This document shows positions 12,048 to 25,252 of a stretch of DNA of 64,000 nt, piece after piece. The DNA is from Centroscyllium fabricii (Eukaryota). The stretch lies in the NCBI GenBank assembly GCA_051313645.2, contig JBNRSN020000015.1:60946001-61010000 (forward strand). Direction: 5' to 3'. Made by a program: the position numbers and the translations under genes. A model generated the notes under the pieces. It did no database searches. It was given only the letters and a program-made list of their open reading frames with translations, and was not told the DNA's origin. Position 1 is the stretch's first letter. Each line of letters opens with the position of its first letter.

Positions 12048-13048
12048 GGGCAGAATTTTCATCGGGGCGTGAGGCGGGTTTTTGGGCGGGACTGCAATGA
12101 AAATTGCAAAAGCAGGGTCCGCGACCCGTCCTGCCTGTTTCCCGTCTGCTTGTCAGTTTCATCCGGCGGGACCAACTGTCCCGCCCGGCATCGGCGGGGA
12201 TGCTCATTAAGCTCATTAGAGGCCCTTAATTGGCATTGGTAATGCCATTTTAAGGGCCCCTTGCAACTTTCACCCTCTTCCCACCTGGTGGGAACACCGC
12301 CACTGAAAGCTGGCAGGCACCCAATCAGCTGGGTGACTATGACCTTCAAGGCATGGGTACAGCAACCACACAGCAGCTTGCAAGCCACCACCATGCTGGA
12401 GGTGCAGCTGGCACCCAAGGGTGCCAAACTTCCGTGCCCAAAGAACTTAAAATCACTTACCTGCAGATGCGTCCCAGTCATTCACAGACATCGTGCTGCG
12501 AGCTATGGCTGTGAAGCAAGCTGTCAATCACCCAGGGGATCTGTTTCTGTTTACATTCCAATGAAACCACAAACAAACAGCCAGCCTACTTAAAGCTGTC
12601 ACTCTTAGACTTGTGGTTTCATCTGTTTACATAGCATTATGACATCATAATTCTGTGAAAACAGAGAAAGAAAACAACCACTTCACAACTGTCAATCAGG
12701 CTTTGTGGTTTCTCAGCTATTGACACAAGCATTAGCCACAATGCATTCTTTCAACATTGAAAGAAAACAACCACTTCGCAACTGCCAATCAGGCTTTGTG
12801 GTTTCTCAGCTATTGACACTACATTATGAATCACAACATAGAAACTCTTCAGGCCTGTCAATCAAAAGCGCACCAGTGGTTCGCAAACTGGCTGAAAGGT
12901 GTGTATTCAAAATGGCTCTGACAGGCGGGGATTTAATTGGCCACTTGAGGCAAAATTGCATTGGCCTCCCAGGCCCTTGAGCGGCGGGTCAGAAACCTGA
13001 CCCGGCCAAAACCCGCCAGGTTCCCGCACCTTGAGGAAAATTCTGCCT
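12048..13048. mobile_element. Harbinger-type non-autonomous element (same family as 51635-52532, opposite orientation)
   Basis: TIRs GGGCAGAATTTT / AAAATTCTGCCT; flanks gat/gac; internal ~58-bp duplication at ~12670-12820; sits inside an old CR1. Confidence 0.8.
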
Positions 13049-13367
13049 GACATTTTGCAGCCTGAATAGAAAGTTGTTTGCTGGACTGGAAGCAAAAATG
13101 TAGATTAAATGAATGTTGCTCAGGATTGAAAAAGATTGGTAGTATCGTATCGCAGGCGGCCATTTAAAAAAAGGCCAACAGCATATTCTTTTTTATAAGT
13201 AGTGGTATAGCTATAATAGTACAGAAGTAATAATACATTTGTACAAAATATTAGTAAAACCAGTTTTTAGCATTCTATAATAGAAAGGACATTAAGCCAT
13301 AGTGAGTGTACCATGTAGATTCATCATAATGATGCAATGGGGAATTTTAGTTATTTGGAGAGACTTA

Positions 13368-14107
13368 GGGGGTGAAATTGGGTATCACCCCATTTGGGGC
13401 GCTAACACTTTAAAAGTTGAGAAAATTAGCACCAGGTGCTAATGTTTACAAACTTTTCAAAAATTCGCCGTTTGCACTCCAGGAAGGAAGTGACGCACTA
13501 AATCAAGCACTCCACTTCCTTCTTGGTGCGCAATCGGCAGCAGGCAGGGTGGAGACTTCAGCAGAGCTGCACACTGGGCCGTGTAGCACTTCTGTATTCA
13601 AAGGCTCCTTGGACGGGCCATCACTGCAGGCTCTGCAATAGAAAAATTACCTACCTGGACCACCAAGATTGCCGCGATCCAACGCGATCAGCCCAGCACT
13701 CAAGCAGAGTGCCGGGCTGATGGATCGTGGGCAGGAACCCGCGAAAAGAATTTCAACAAGAAAGGTAAGGTTTTTTTTTACTTACCTCGGCCACCTCACC
13801 TTTAATCATTGCCCCGAAGCGACTGGCACACCACCTGCAAGTGTCATTGTTACTGACCAGTGCTGCTGCAGGGTGCGAAAGTCAATTTCAGGTCCGGGGC
13901 GCTACCAGGGCGATGCGCACGGCGATGAAGTCACAATCTCTAGGCTAATGAGATCGGGGTATAACGCCGCAGCACCGCTGCAAAACCCCCGCTGAATGTG
14001 ACGCGAGTCAATGTCAGCGCCGCACCTGGTCGCAAAGCAATTTGTACCATGTTAGCACATCCCCCGGGCCGCAAACGGGAGGCGCAACGGCACACAATTT
14101 CTCACCC
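13368..14107. mobile_element. Harbinger-type MITE with TTA TSD
   Basis: GGGGGTGAAATTG ... CAATTTCTCACCC imperfect TIRs, TTA on both sides; related to 44653-45547. Confidence 0.8.
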
Positions 14108-15683
14108 TTAATATATTAGGACTGTTTTTACCGGAATGGAAAAGGCAAAGAAAATTCAATAGAGGTGTTTAAAATTATGGTTTTGATAGCGTGTATAGAG
14201 AAGGAGAGTGAGTGACAAGGAGTGACCAATTTAAAATTGTTCCAAAGAAAGTGAGAAGAGCGATTAAGAAAAAATTCTTCTTGCGGAGGGTTGTTAGTGC
14301 ATGGAATGCTTTGCCACAGGGAATGCTTTAGATAGAGACAATTGTGCCTTTTAAGAGAAACAGTATTAAATATTTGAAGTAGAGGAAGATAGAGGACTAT
14401 GAGGAGAGCGCTGGGAGTGGTATCAGTCTTGGGTTGCTCGAACAAAGAACAGCACAGACATGATGGGCTAAATGGCCTCTTACTATTCTGCAGACTTTTC
14501 AGGTAGCAGGATACACCTTGAAGCATGCACCTGTGCTATTACTTATAGAAATGTTATAATTAACAACTAAACATATTATTAGCTATAATTCACAGAGTGT
14601 GACAAATGTGTTGTTTGGAAGACATATCCTTTCAATAGAAAGTTACTGATGATTAAAAATGATAGGAAAACCATTTTTGGCACAATCAAAATGACCAGAA
14701 CTTGATTTTCTGTGATAAAACATTGAAGACAAAGTAATGTATGAGTTCTTCAACATTTACTGAGGCAACTTGGAAGAGATCAGGCTGGAACAACTTGTTT
14801 TATAAACTATTCTAAATTGTTGCATTAGCAGCATTATATTTATGTTTGTAGGCCTAACAAAAACAAACATATTTCACATAATCAGTAAAAAGTTCTGGAA
14901 GGATGATAATTCAAGTCTGTAGAGATAAAAGTACTGAATTTAAATACCCATTTAAACAGAAGTTTTTAATAACACTATGCACTTTTGCAGTGGTATTTGA
15001 TAAAGAGAAGATACAAATTGGTTTAATATTTTCTTCAGCTTTATATATTTCTTGACATTTGCTATGAAAACCCATACCCTAAACAGATTGGCAGTAAAAG
15101 TAAAAATGTGTACCCCTCCTTTGTGCAAGAGAAGATGGGAATGTGCACTCCCCTCCACCCCCCGCCTTACAAATAACCCCTGACTCACCATGAGCAGTAT
15201 CATGGGGAGTTCCGCATGTTGCTTTGTAAAAATCTGGCATCTTTTATCTTGAGTCACTGGTTGTCTTTTTAGTTTAGTTACAACCTCCCCGCCTCCCCTG
15301 CACCCCCCCCCCCCCACCCCTGCCCCCCCCCCCCCCCCCCCCCGGCCCACTTCAATCCCAATGTGAACTTGCTGCAGGCAGGTTTTTTCAGCTGGCCCCC
15401 TTTTGATTCACCTCCTCTTACAGGATTGATGGGCAATAATATGGCTGTCCAGGAAGCAAGTAGATGCGTAGGCTACTGTGACAGACATGCATCAAGGTAC
15501 AATACAAACGTAGGTGCCCCAAAACTGCAACTAGCCTGTGACAGTTTAGAACATTGGGCCCTGTGTACTGGTAAAATTCAAGCCACATTTCCAGAATGAA
15601 ACACATTTTTGTTGTCTGTTGTAACGGTTAGTACTGAGCTGCTTTCACCTGGTAGCTTCATGAGGTTTTCTCCTTATTTGCAG

Positions 15684-15724
15684 TTTTCATGAATGCAGCG
15701 ATACCCATTGCAGCAGTCCTCACA
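15684..15724 (+). CDS. ABCC8: ABCC8/SUR1 internal exon (human exon 11 equivalent), (x)FMNAAIPIAAVLT
   Basis: tccttatttgcag acceptor, gtaagt donor; 41 bp, the size I recall for human exon 11; peptide resembles SUR1 IFMNTAIPIAAVLI; in frame with next exon. Confidence 0.92.
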
Positions 15725-18349
15725 GTAAGTAGCTGGTATTTAATTTGCTCTGACACAATATTTCCTTTGTATATGTTAGCCTTGCATTACATGAGTTTAA
15801 ATAATCAATGTTAATAATTCAAAAAGTAATGGATTCCTAAAAAAAAATTCTAAGGGCATGACTCCCTTTTTTTAAACTATCTTTGTCCATGTGACTAAGA
15901 TTGCAGGTGGCTGATGTGCTTCTAGGTCTCTACTTATCACACTGAGAACTGAAAAATTGATGAGGCTAGGCTATCTCCAATTTACCCTTTCCCCCATCTG
16001 GAGATAAATCTGGCTTCCATTCAGTGCTCCCACCCCTGTTCCACATTGGCACAGTACTCAGTATTGTGGAGGATTGTGGATAGACACCATTTTGTGACAC
16101 CATAAATTGGTGTGCCAAAGAACTATATTAATGCCGTGCCTAATTTCATAACATCTCTTGTCAAAAAAGTCTTCTCAGGACAGATTTTCAGAACAACACT
16201 CACTTATCTCTGGTTTAAATATTGGGAAGTGCAGCTCAGGTTAGCACTCAAAAATGGAGTTCCCACTTGTCAGACTTCCAGCCATTACCTAAGTTGTTAC
16301 TTTAAGTGAATGGAGCCCTGCTCTCCAATCTTAAACGGTCCTGTAAAATTATAACTGATAATTGATCATTCATGATTTTCTTTGCATGAATGAGTTTATC
16401 AGATGAAATCTTTCTGTAAAAGAAGCAAACATAGAAACATAGCAGGAATAGACCATTCGGCCCCTCGAGCCTGCTCCGCCATTCAATGAGATCATGGCTG
16501 ATCATCCAAATTCAGTACCCTGTCCCTGCTTTCTCCCCATATCCCTTGATCCCTTTAGCCTTAAGAAATATATCTAACTCCTTCTTGAATATATTTAATG
16601 AATTGGCCTCCACTGCCTTCTCTGGTAGAGAATTCTACAGGTTTACAACTCTCTGGGTGAAGAAATTCCTCCTCATCTCAGTCCTAAATGGCTTACCCCT
16701 TATCCTTAGACTGTGACACCTGGTTCTGGACACCCCGGCCATCGGGAACATCCTTCCTGCATCTAATCTGTCTAGTCCTGTTAGAATTTTATAAGTTTCA
16801 ATGAGATCCCCTCTCATTCTTTTAAACTCCAGCGAGTATAAGCCCAATCGACCCAATCTCTCCTCATACGTCATTCCTGCCATCCCAGGTATCAGTCTGG
16901 TGAATCTTCACTGCACTCCTTCCATGGCAAGAACATCCTTCCTCAGATAAGGCGACCAAAACTGCACACAATACTCAAGGTGTGGTCTCACCAAGGCCCT
17001 GCACAACTGCAGAAAGACATCCGTGTTCCTGTACTCAAACCCTCTCGCTACGAAGGCCAACATACCATTTGCCTTCTTAGCCGACTGCTGCACCTACATG
17101 CTTACCTTCAGTGACTGGTACACAAGGACACCCAGATCTCGTTGTACTTCCCCTTCTACCAATCTATTGCCATTCAGATAATAATCTGCCTTCCTGTTTT
17201 TGGCAGCAAAGTGGATAACCTCGCATTTATTCACAAGTTTACCCGTCTATAATTCCCCGTTTTCTCTCTACCACCTTTTTTGAATAGTGGGGTAACATTA
17301 GCTACCCTCCAATCCATGGGAACTGTTCCAGAGTCTATAGAATTTTGGAAGATGACCAACAATGCATCTACTATTTCTGAGGCCACTTCCTTAAGGACCC
17401 TAGGATGTAGATTATCAGGCCCTGGGGATTTATCGGCCTTCAATCCCATCAATTTCCCTAACACCATTTCCATACAAATACTGATTTCTTTCAATTCCTC
17501 CCCCTCATTAGACCCTATATTCCTCGACATCTCTGGGAGGTTATTTGTCTCCTCCTTTGTGAAGACAGAACCAAAGTATGTCTTTAATAGGTGTGCCACT
17601 TATTTGTTCCCCATTATAAATTCCCCTGATTCTGACTGCAAGGGACCTACGCTTGACTTCACCAATCCTTTTCTCTTCACATATCTATAAAAGCTTTTAC
17701 AGTCAGTTTTTATGTTCCCTGCAAACTCACTCTCATACTCTCTTTTCCCCCTCTTAATTAATCCCTTTGTCCTCCTTTGCTGAATCCTAAACTGCTCCCA
17801 ATCCTCACATGTACTGCTTTTTCTGGCCAATTTATATGTCCTCTCCTTGGATCTTATGCTATCCCTAATTTCCCTTGTTAGCCACGGTTGAGTCACCTTT
17901 TTTGCTTTATTTTTATGCCAAACAGGGATGAACAAATTCTGTAGTTCATCCATGTGATCTTTAAATGTTTGCCATTGCCTATCCACCATCAACCCTTTGA
18001 GTAACATTCCCCAATTAATCCTTCCCAACTCATGCCTCATAACATCGTAGTTTCCTTTATTTAAATTCAGGACCGCATGAGTCAACTATTTCACTCTCCA
18101 TCTTAATGAAGAATTCAATCATATTATGATCTCTCCTCCCCAAGGGGCCTCGCACAACAAGATTGCTAATTAATCCTTTCTCATTACATAATACCCAGTC
18201 TAAGATGGCCTGATCTCTAGTTGGTTCCTCAACATATTGGTCCAGGAAACCATCCCGTATATACACCAGGAATTCCTCCTCCACAGTATTGTTACTAATT
18301 TGGTTAGACCAATCTATATGTAGATTAAAGTCACCCATGATAACTCCTA

Positions 18350-18573
18350 GAATCAGAGAATCATAGAAGATAGGAGCAGGAGTAGGCCATTCAGCCCTTC
18401 GAGCCTACTCCACCATTCAATGAGATCATGGCTGATCTTTAGCAAGCTAGTACCCCGTCCCCGCCTTTTCTCCGTAACCTTTAATCCCTTTAGCCTGAAG
18501 AAATATATCCAATTCCCTCTTGAATATGTTTAATGAACTGGCCTCCACCGCCCTCTGTGGCAAGGAATTCCAC
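18350..18573 (-). mobile_element. Short CR1 3' end inserted into the older CR1
   Basis: WNSLPQRAVEASSLNIFKRELDIFLQAKGIKGYGEKAGTGY plus 3' UTR interrupts the endonuclease frame. Confidence 0.88.
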
Positions 18574-19660
18574 ATTCCTGTACCCTTATTGCACACATCT
18601 CTAATTTCCCATTTAATGTCATCCCCAACCTCCGCATTACTGTTTGGCGATCTGTAAACAACTCCCACTAACGTTTTCTGCCCCTTGGTATTTCTCAGTT
18701 CTACCCATACAGATTCCACATCATCAGAGCTAATATCCTTCCTTACAATTGCATTAATCTCCTCTTTAACCAGCAATGCTACCCCACCTCCTCTTCCTTT
18801 TTGCCTATCTTTCCTGAATATTGAATACCCCTGGATGTTGAATTTCCAACCTTGGCCATCCTGGAGCCATGTTTCTGTAATCTCAATCATATCATATATC
18901 CGTTTACATCTATTTGCGCAGCTAATTCATCCACCTTATTATGAATGCTCCTCGCATTAAGACACAATGTCTTCAGGCTTGTTTTTTTTAACACTTTTAG
19001 GCCTTTTAGATTATTATTTACTGTGGCCATGTTTGATTTAAACCCTTGATTTCTCTGCCATCCACTTTTGCTTTTCTCCTTTCTGTCTTTTGCTTCTATC
19101 CTTTTTTCCCTTCCCTCTGTCTCCTTGCACAGGTTCCCAACCCCCTGCCATTTTAGTTTAAACCCTCCCCCACAGCATTAGCGAACACTCCCCCGAGGAT
19201 ATCAGTCCCGGCCCTGCCCAGGTGCAAACCATCGGGTTGGTACTGGTCCCACCTCTCTCAGAACTGGTTCAAATGTCCCAAGAATTTGAATCCCTCCCTC
19301 TTGCACCATTCCTCAAGCCATGTATTCATCTGAAATATTCTTCTATTTCTACTCTGACTGGCACATGGCACTGGTAGCAATCCTGAGATTACTACCTTTT
19401 GAGGTCCTATTTTTTTATTTACCTCCTAACTCCCGATATTCTGTTCTTAGGACCTCATCCCAGTTTTTACCTATATCTTTGTTACCTATATGCACCACGA
19501 CAACTGGCTGTTCATCCTCCCCTTACAAAATGCTCTGTAGCCGCTCCGAGACATCCTTAACCCTTGCACCAGGGAGGCAGCATACCATCCTGGAGTCTCG
19601 TTTGCGGCCGGAGAAGCGCCTATCTATTCCCCTTACAATAGAATCCCCTATCACTATACG

Positions 19661-19980
19661 ATAGCAAAATACTGCGGATGCTGGAAATCTGAAATAACAA
19701 CAGAAAATGCTGGAGAAACTCAGCAGGCCAGGCAGCATCGGTGGAGAGAGGAGCAGAGTTGATGTTTCAGGTCGATGACCTTTTTTCAAAACTAGAGAAG
19801 CCGGGAGGGTGGATAGATTTAAAGCTTGTGGGGGCTGGGAAAAGGGGGGGTGCTGAAAGAACAAAAGAAAGATCAGCGACAGGCTGGAAGGCGGGGGAGA
19901 TAAAAGATTTGCGGAGAAATTGAAGAAACACAGGATGGCTCAGAATAGGTGTGAACAGCTTTAGCAGTTCTTAGGAACCC
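19661..19980. mobile_element. Probable Penelope-like element terminal fragment inserted in CR1 ORF1
   Basis: aaatactgcggatgctggaaatctgaaa...aaatgctggagaaactcagcagg motif, also at ~33105-33155, ~38403-38462, ~41860-41935, ~57150-57260; hammerhead-like remnant on minus strand; family assignment from recall. Confidence 0.6.
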
Positions 19981-20689
19981 CTATCATTATAGCTCTCCCA
20001 CTCTTTTTTCCTCCCATCCTGTGCAGCAGCACCACCTATGGTGCCAGGAAGTTGGCTGTTGCTGCCTTCCCCTAATAAGCCATCTCCCTCACCAATATCC
20101 AAAGCGGTATATCTGTTTGAGAGGGCGATGGCCACAGGGGAACCCTGCTATACCTGCCTGCACCTCCTACTCTGCCTGGTGGTCACCCATTCCCTTCCTG
20201 CCTGTGGAGCCTTTACCTGCGGTGTGACCAACTCATTAAACATGCTTTCCACGATGTCCTCAGCATCGCAAATGCTCCAGAATGTATCCATTCGCAGCTC
20301 CAGTGCCGCAATGCGGTCTGTTAGTTGCTGTAGCTGGATACACTTCCCACACACATAGTCGTCAGAGACACGGGAAGTGTCCCTGATTTCCCACATAGTG
20401 CAGGAGGAGCATATCACGGCACTGAGCCGTCCTACCCTTTAATTAATTTAAATTAACTTAACTCAAATCAATCCCACCAATTACTCTACAATTAAATGAT
20501 ATACTCAAGGGCCCTTGTTTACCAGCAGACCCCACTAAACCACAGACACCCGATAAACTATAAACCACAAAATTTAAGTTTGGGAAAAAGCGAGAAAGGG
20601 AAAAATACTCACCAACCAATCACTTACCTGCTTTCTGGTGACATCACACTTCGATTACTTTTTACTTCTCTCTCAGAGCTCAGATTGGT

Positions 20690-21104
20690 AAACCTACCTG
20701 GCCCTGGAGCTCGCTTTTAAATGCTGCTGCCGCCTCGCTGCTTCTCCTAGGTCTGCTGCTGCCACCACTCTGGGGCCTACCTGGTCCTCGAGCTCGCTTT
20801 TAAACTCCGCTGCCGCCTTGCCACTTCTCTCGGTTCCGCCGCTGCTCTGGGGCCTAGCTGGTCCGGGAGCTCATTTTTAAACTCCGCCGACACCTAACCA
20901 CTTCTCTCAGGTCCGCCGCTGCCGCTGCCGTCACTCTGGGGCCTACCTGGTCCTCGAGCTCGCTTTTAAACTCCGCCGCCACCTCGCTGCTTCTCTCAGG
21001 TCCGCCACCACTGCCGCTCTGGGGCCTACCTGGTCCTCGAGCTCGCTTTTAAACTCCGCCACCACCTCGCCGCTTCTCTCAGGTCCGCCGCCACTGCCGC
21101 TCTC
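20690..21104 (-). repeat. Five ~80-bp tandem monomers forming the CR1 5' end
   Basis: ctggggcctacctggtcctcgagctcgcttttaaactccgccgcc... recurs at about 20691, 20770, 20847, 20936, 21019. Confidence 0.9.
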
Positions 21105-21621
21105 AAGCAAGTGTAAAAGGCTGATGTATTGAAGGTACTAGATATGTTGTCACTCTTCTCTGTCAAGGAAATACACAGGAAATGCTCCAGAGTTTGCATC
21201 CAGGACAAGCGTAGCAATTCAAATGAGAACATGTTTAAGTTGGTGAAGGGACATGAAGACTTTAAATTAATTGTAGCACCAGGTGAGCACCTGGTAGGGC
21301 TGAATATGGGCATGAACATGAGAGTAGAACCAAATGTCTCTGTTGTAAACATGTTATGAAGAGAGTGACCCTTTAAGAACAAAGGCTGCAAGTGACATCA
21401 TCACCACTCCTTTGTGTACTGGGCATTCACTTGCTGGTACAGTTCATTTACAAGATTCAAAGATAAATATAGGAGGGAAAGGCCATTTGGCCCATCTTAC
21501 TTCATCCATCCAGAAAGATCTTCCAGTCCCCCATCATGGCTCCAGTTGTTTTTGAAATTATTGCAGGATTTTACCTCCACTACCCTACTTGGAAGTTCAT
21601 GCCATGTGTTGATCACTCTTT

Positions 21622-21751
21622 GGGGATAATCTTAACTTTTATTGCCAGGTGAACCTGCAGCCCGTTTACACCACGGGGAAAAGAAAATCGGGCAAGGTGT
21701 CTTCACGAGCACCAACTTTTCAGCCAGCGATTAAAAGTTAAGGTTATGCCC
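21622..21751. mobile_element. Small palindromic MITE inside an old CR1 remnant
   Basis: ggggataatcttaactttta ... taaaagttaaggttatgccc inverted ends; similar to 47430-47589. Confidence 0.65.
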
Positions 21752-22138
21752 TTCATGTGATGCTGAATATGCTGTTATGAATCCAAACTTATTTTTTACT
21801 AGTTTGAAGTACACTGCTTTGTCCTACAATCATAATTTCATTCAAAGTACTTTGCCAGATCTATATTTACATTTTCCATACTGTTTACTATCTTGAATGC
21901 CTCTGTAGGGTTACCTGAGTTGCCTCTTTGCAAGGCAAGAAATGCAAGTTTCTCCTATCTTAGCTGTCTAACATAAGGGATCAATCTTGTAGACCTTTCC
22001 TAAACTGCCTCCAAGACTTCAATGTTTCCCTTGAGTCTGAGGGGCAACTTTACATCATTTCACGAACTCAAACATGTCCTTTTGAATTGGTATGCAGAGC
22101 CTGGGGAATTTCCTGTGTATTTCTTTGATAGATATAAT

Positions 22139-22928
22139 GGGGGGGATTTTCCTGCAGGTGCGGGAACCTGCCGGGGATTGGTCGGGGTGGGTTCTTGTCC
22201 CGCCCACCCAAGGGCCTGGGAAGCCGATGCTATTTTCCTTTAATTGCTCAATTAAATCTCCGCGTGCGGGGAGCCCCTGGTAATTGCATCAGTTGAGTCG
22301 GCAATTAAAGAGCTTCAGCGGGGTTGACAGACAGTTGCGGGGACTGTGTGTTTGCAGTTCCCATGGAAACACTCCTTCCATGGAGTGCAACCAATGGGAA
22401 AGGCTAAGTGCTCTGAGTGACAGGTGGGCGGGTGGGCTGCAAATCTTTGACAGCTAGGGACCGTCTGTCACTGGAGCTATCAATGGAGCTGTCAGGTATG
22501 ATTTTTAAGTTTTTCCCACAGCTGGTCTTCACCCAAGGGAGTCACTTACACCTCCACGGTGTTGAAGGCCTGGAAAGCATTTTGCTCTAGGTCCTTCAAC
22601 ACCTTGAAGGAGAAAGTTACCAAGACCACTGTGCTCCCGCTGGATTTTCACCAACCAGGTTTTAGGATGGCGAGGTTTGGGTGGGAAGGGGTGGAAAATA
22701 GGTGAGGGCCCTTAAAATGGCATTAGGCACACCAATTAAGGGCCCTCAATTACTTTAACTAGCATCCCCGCCGGCGGCGGGCAGGAAATTTTCAGGACGG
22801 TGGGACACGCCGCCCGAAACTTACAAGCCGGTGGCAATCCGGCAGGGGGGCCGGGACTCCCCGGTTCTACGATTTTAGGCCCCACCCCACAGGATCGCCA
22901 CTCTCCCGGGCCGAGGAAGATCCCCCCC
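22139..22928. mobile_element. Harbinger-type MITE with AAT TSD
   Basis: GGGGGGGATTTTCCT / AGGAAGATCCCCCCC TIRs; aat on both flanks. Confidence 0.85.
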
Positions 22929-23053
22929 AATGTAACTAAGTAAGTAGCGCCTGCCTGTTTCAGGCAGGAGGCTCCTTCTCAATACAGAATTTTGATTGGC
23001 CTGAACTGGTCACAAGCCTGTGCCATCCACTGTACGAACAGTTTTACTGGAGA

Positions 23054-23922
23054 CACATAGGAACAGGAGTAGGCCATTTAGCCCCTCGAGTCTGTTCCAC
23101 CATTCAGTGAGATCATGGTTGATCTGCGACCTCACTCCATTTACCCGCCTTTGCCCCATAGCCCTCAATAACTTTGGTTATCAAAAATCTATCAATCTCA
23201 GAATTAAATTTAATAATTGACCCAGCATCAATTGCTGTTTGAGGAAGAGAGTTCTACCAATGTGTGTAGAAGTGTTTACTAATTTCACTCTGAAAGGTCC
23301 GGCTCTAATTTTTAGACTCTGCCCTCTAATCCTAGACTCCCCAACCAGCGGAAATAGTTTTTCTCTATCTGTCCTATCTGTTCCCCTTAATATCATAACC
23401 TTCGATCAAATCACCACTTAACCTTCTAAATTCTAAGGAATACAATCATAATTTGTGTAATCTCTCCACGTAATTTAACCCTTGGAGTCCGGGTATCATT
23501 CTGATAAACCTGCGCTGCGCTGCATTCCCTCCAAGGCCAATACATCCTTCCTGAGGTGTGGTGCCCAGAACTGCTCACCGTACTCCAGCTGTGGTCTAAC
23601 CAGGGTTTTGTACAGCCGCAGCATAACTTATACACCCTTGTATTCTAGTCCTCTAGATATAAAGGCCAGCATTCCATTAACCTTTTTGATTATTTTCTGT
23701 ATCTGTTCATGGCATTTTAATGATTATGTACCTGGACCCCCAAGTCTCTTTCGACCTCCGCTGTTTTTAGCTTTTCACCATTTAGAAACTACCCTGTTTT
23801 ATCTTTTTTAGGTCCTAAGTGGTGACCTCACATTTGCCTACATTGAAATCCATTTGTCAGTTTTGACCATTCACTTAATCTATCAATATCCCTTTGTAAT
23901 TTTGTGCTTTCATCTACACTGC
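23054..23922 (-). mobile_element. CR1 LINE 3' fragment
   Basis: Frameshifted ORF2 C-terminus (DREKLFPLVGESRIRG) and CR1 3' UTR. Confidence 0.88.
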
Positions 23923-24460
23923 CGAAGAGGTCCCATAAAGGTAAGTCTTAAATTATTTTTGCAGGGCCTGGAGAAGCACTCCTGCTGCTCCTGGCCCTAC
24001 ATAAGAAAGTAAAAACCTTGCCCAAAGGCCCTCTTCAGCTTCCTAATGCTCTTCACTTTAGCCTTGAGCCGTTGAAAAAGCCATGGCAGTGTAGGAGTCG
24101 GCAGACTACCTACTCGCGTTTTAAAAGTAAAAAGACGCGGGGTGCGGGAGCATAGGTACAACACGTCTTTATTACATCTGCTCAGGTATAAAACTGTTTG
24201 AAAAGCCCACGAATCCGCAAGGTATTCTGGGGCACATGAATACTCATGAGTGGCAGTCTCTTAGGCCACTGAGGGACTGAGGCTGGCAAACCGGTTGTCC
24301 AATCGGACAGTGGGGGCGGGCCTGACTGTGGCATGAGGATTATGTCTGGCAGGGGAAACCCTGGTGGCTTCCCTGGGTAGTGCCGCTACAGCAGCTTCTC
24401 CGCTCAGGCCGACTTTAACTTCGCTGTCAGGGCCTAATGATATCATTGGATCCTGATTAG

Positions 24461-24928
24461 CAGGGCCGGCTCAAGGTATTTGGGGGCCCCAAACAAGGTA
24501 TTTTGGGGGCCCCAAACAAGGTATTTTGGGGGCCCCAAACAAGGTATTTGGGGGCCCCAAACAAGGTATTTTGGGGGCCCCAAACAAGGTATTTGGGGGC
24601 CCCAAACAAGGTATTTTGGGGGCCCCAAACAAGGTATTTTGGGGGCTCCAAACAAGGTATTTTGGGGGCCCTTTCTGTTTGTGTCTGTAGATATGTGTGC
24701 ACAAGCACAAGGGGGGCTTCTTCTGCCGGCACTAAAACCTACTGTACCCAGTATATAATTATGCACCAGTTATGTACCAGTACATTGTGCACAATATTGT
24801 GCAGGGGCAATGTATGTCTATCATGGGCTATAATTTAAGAATGAAAACACTTAGGCCTATGAGGGGCCCTCTCAAATCGGGGGCCCTAAACAAATGTTTA
24901 CATCGTTTATATGGTAGGGCCGGCCCTG
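24461..24928. mobile_element. Young non-autonomous hAT element containing a 23/24-bp tandem array
   Basis: TIRs CAGGGCCGGC/GCCGGCCCTG; perfect 8-bp TSD ctgattag; about 8-9 units of caaacaaggtattt(t)gggggccc at ~24472-24672. Confidence 0.95.
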
Positions 24929-25252
24929 CTGATTAGCATACGTGAATTAGGACCCCATTGGATTTGGCCCGGCCAGAAACATCTGCTAAAATCAATGGGA
25001 TCGGGCAGCCTTCTAGCAGGTAAGTAACCCAGGCATTTTAACTGCCCACCCCCTGGTTTTCACTGGGTGTCTAGAGTTAAAATCCCCCACTAAAGAGTTT
25101 GAACCCGAGACTCATTTCTGTTCAGGCATGACTGAATTGTGCTCGCTCAGTTCTTGGAGTGTGATTGCTTTGCACATCTAATGTTGAATTCGAATGTATT
25201 TTTATTCATTTATAAAGAGCTGATTCCATTTTTTTTTCTAACTTCCCAAAAG

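Larger units (their letters stand above)
16428..21106 (-). mobile_element. Near full-length decayed CR1 LINE (5' UTR monomers, ORF1, ORF2 with RT deletion)
   Basis: ORF1 Zn-finger/zipper CSSCTMW...CGKC and esterase IVIGDSIVRG; ORF2 ITETWL, GGGVALLVKE, MGDFNLHIDW, NYR; RT core missing at ~17230; 3' tail at ~16430. Confidence 0.92.

Noticed and set aside
15286-15348. Poly-C tract as a functional G-quadruplex/i-motif near exon 11
   Set aside because: Simple homopolymer, error-prone in assemblies, with no supporting evidence from sequence alone
1-15683. ABCC8 exon 10 (LLKLYAWE motif), and exon 19 (VAYASQKPWLLN) after 57620
   Set aside because: Not found by eye; presumably outside the window, though I could have missed them
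24472-24672. 23/24-bp palindromic repeats as CRISPR or coding
   Set aside because: No spacers; lies between hAT TIRs with an 8-bp TSD
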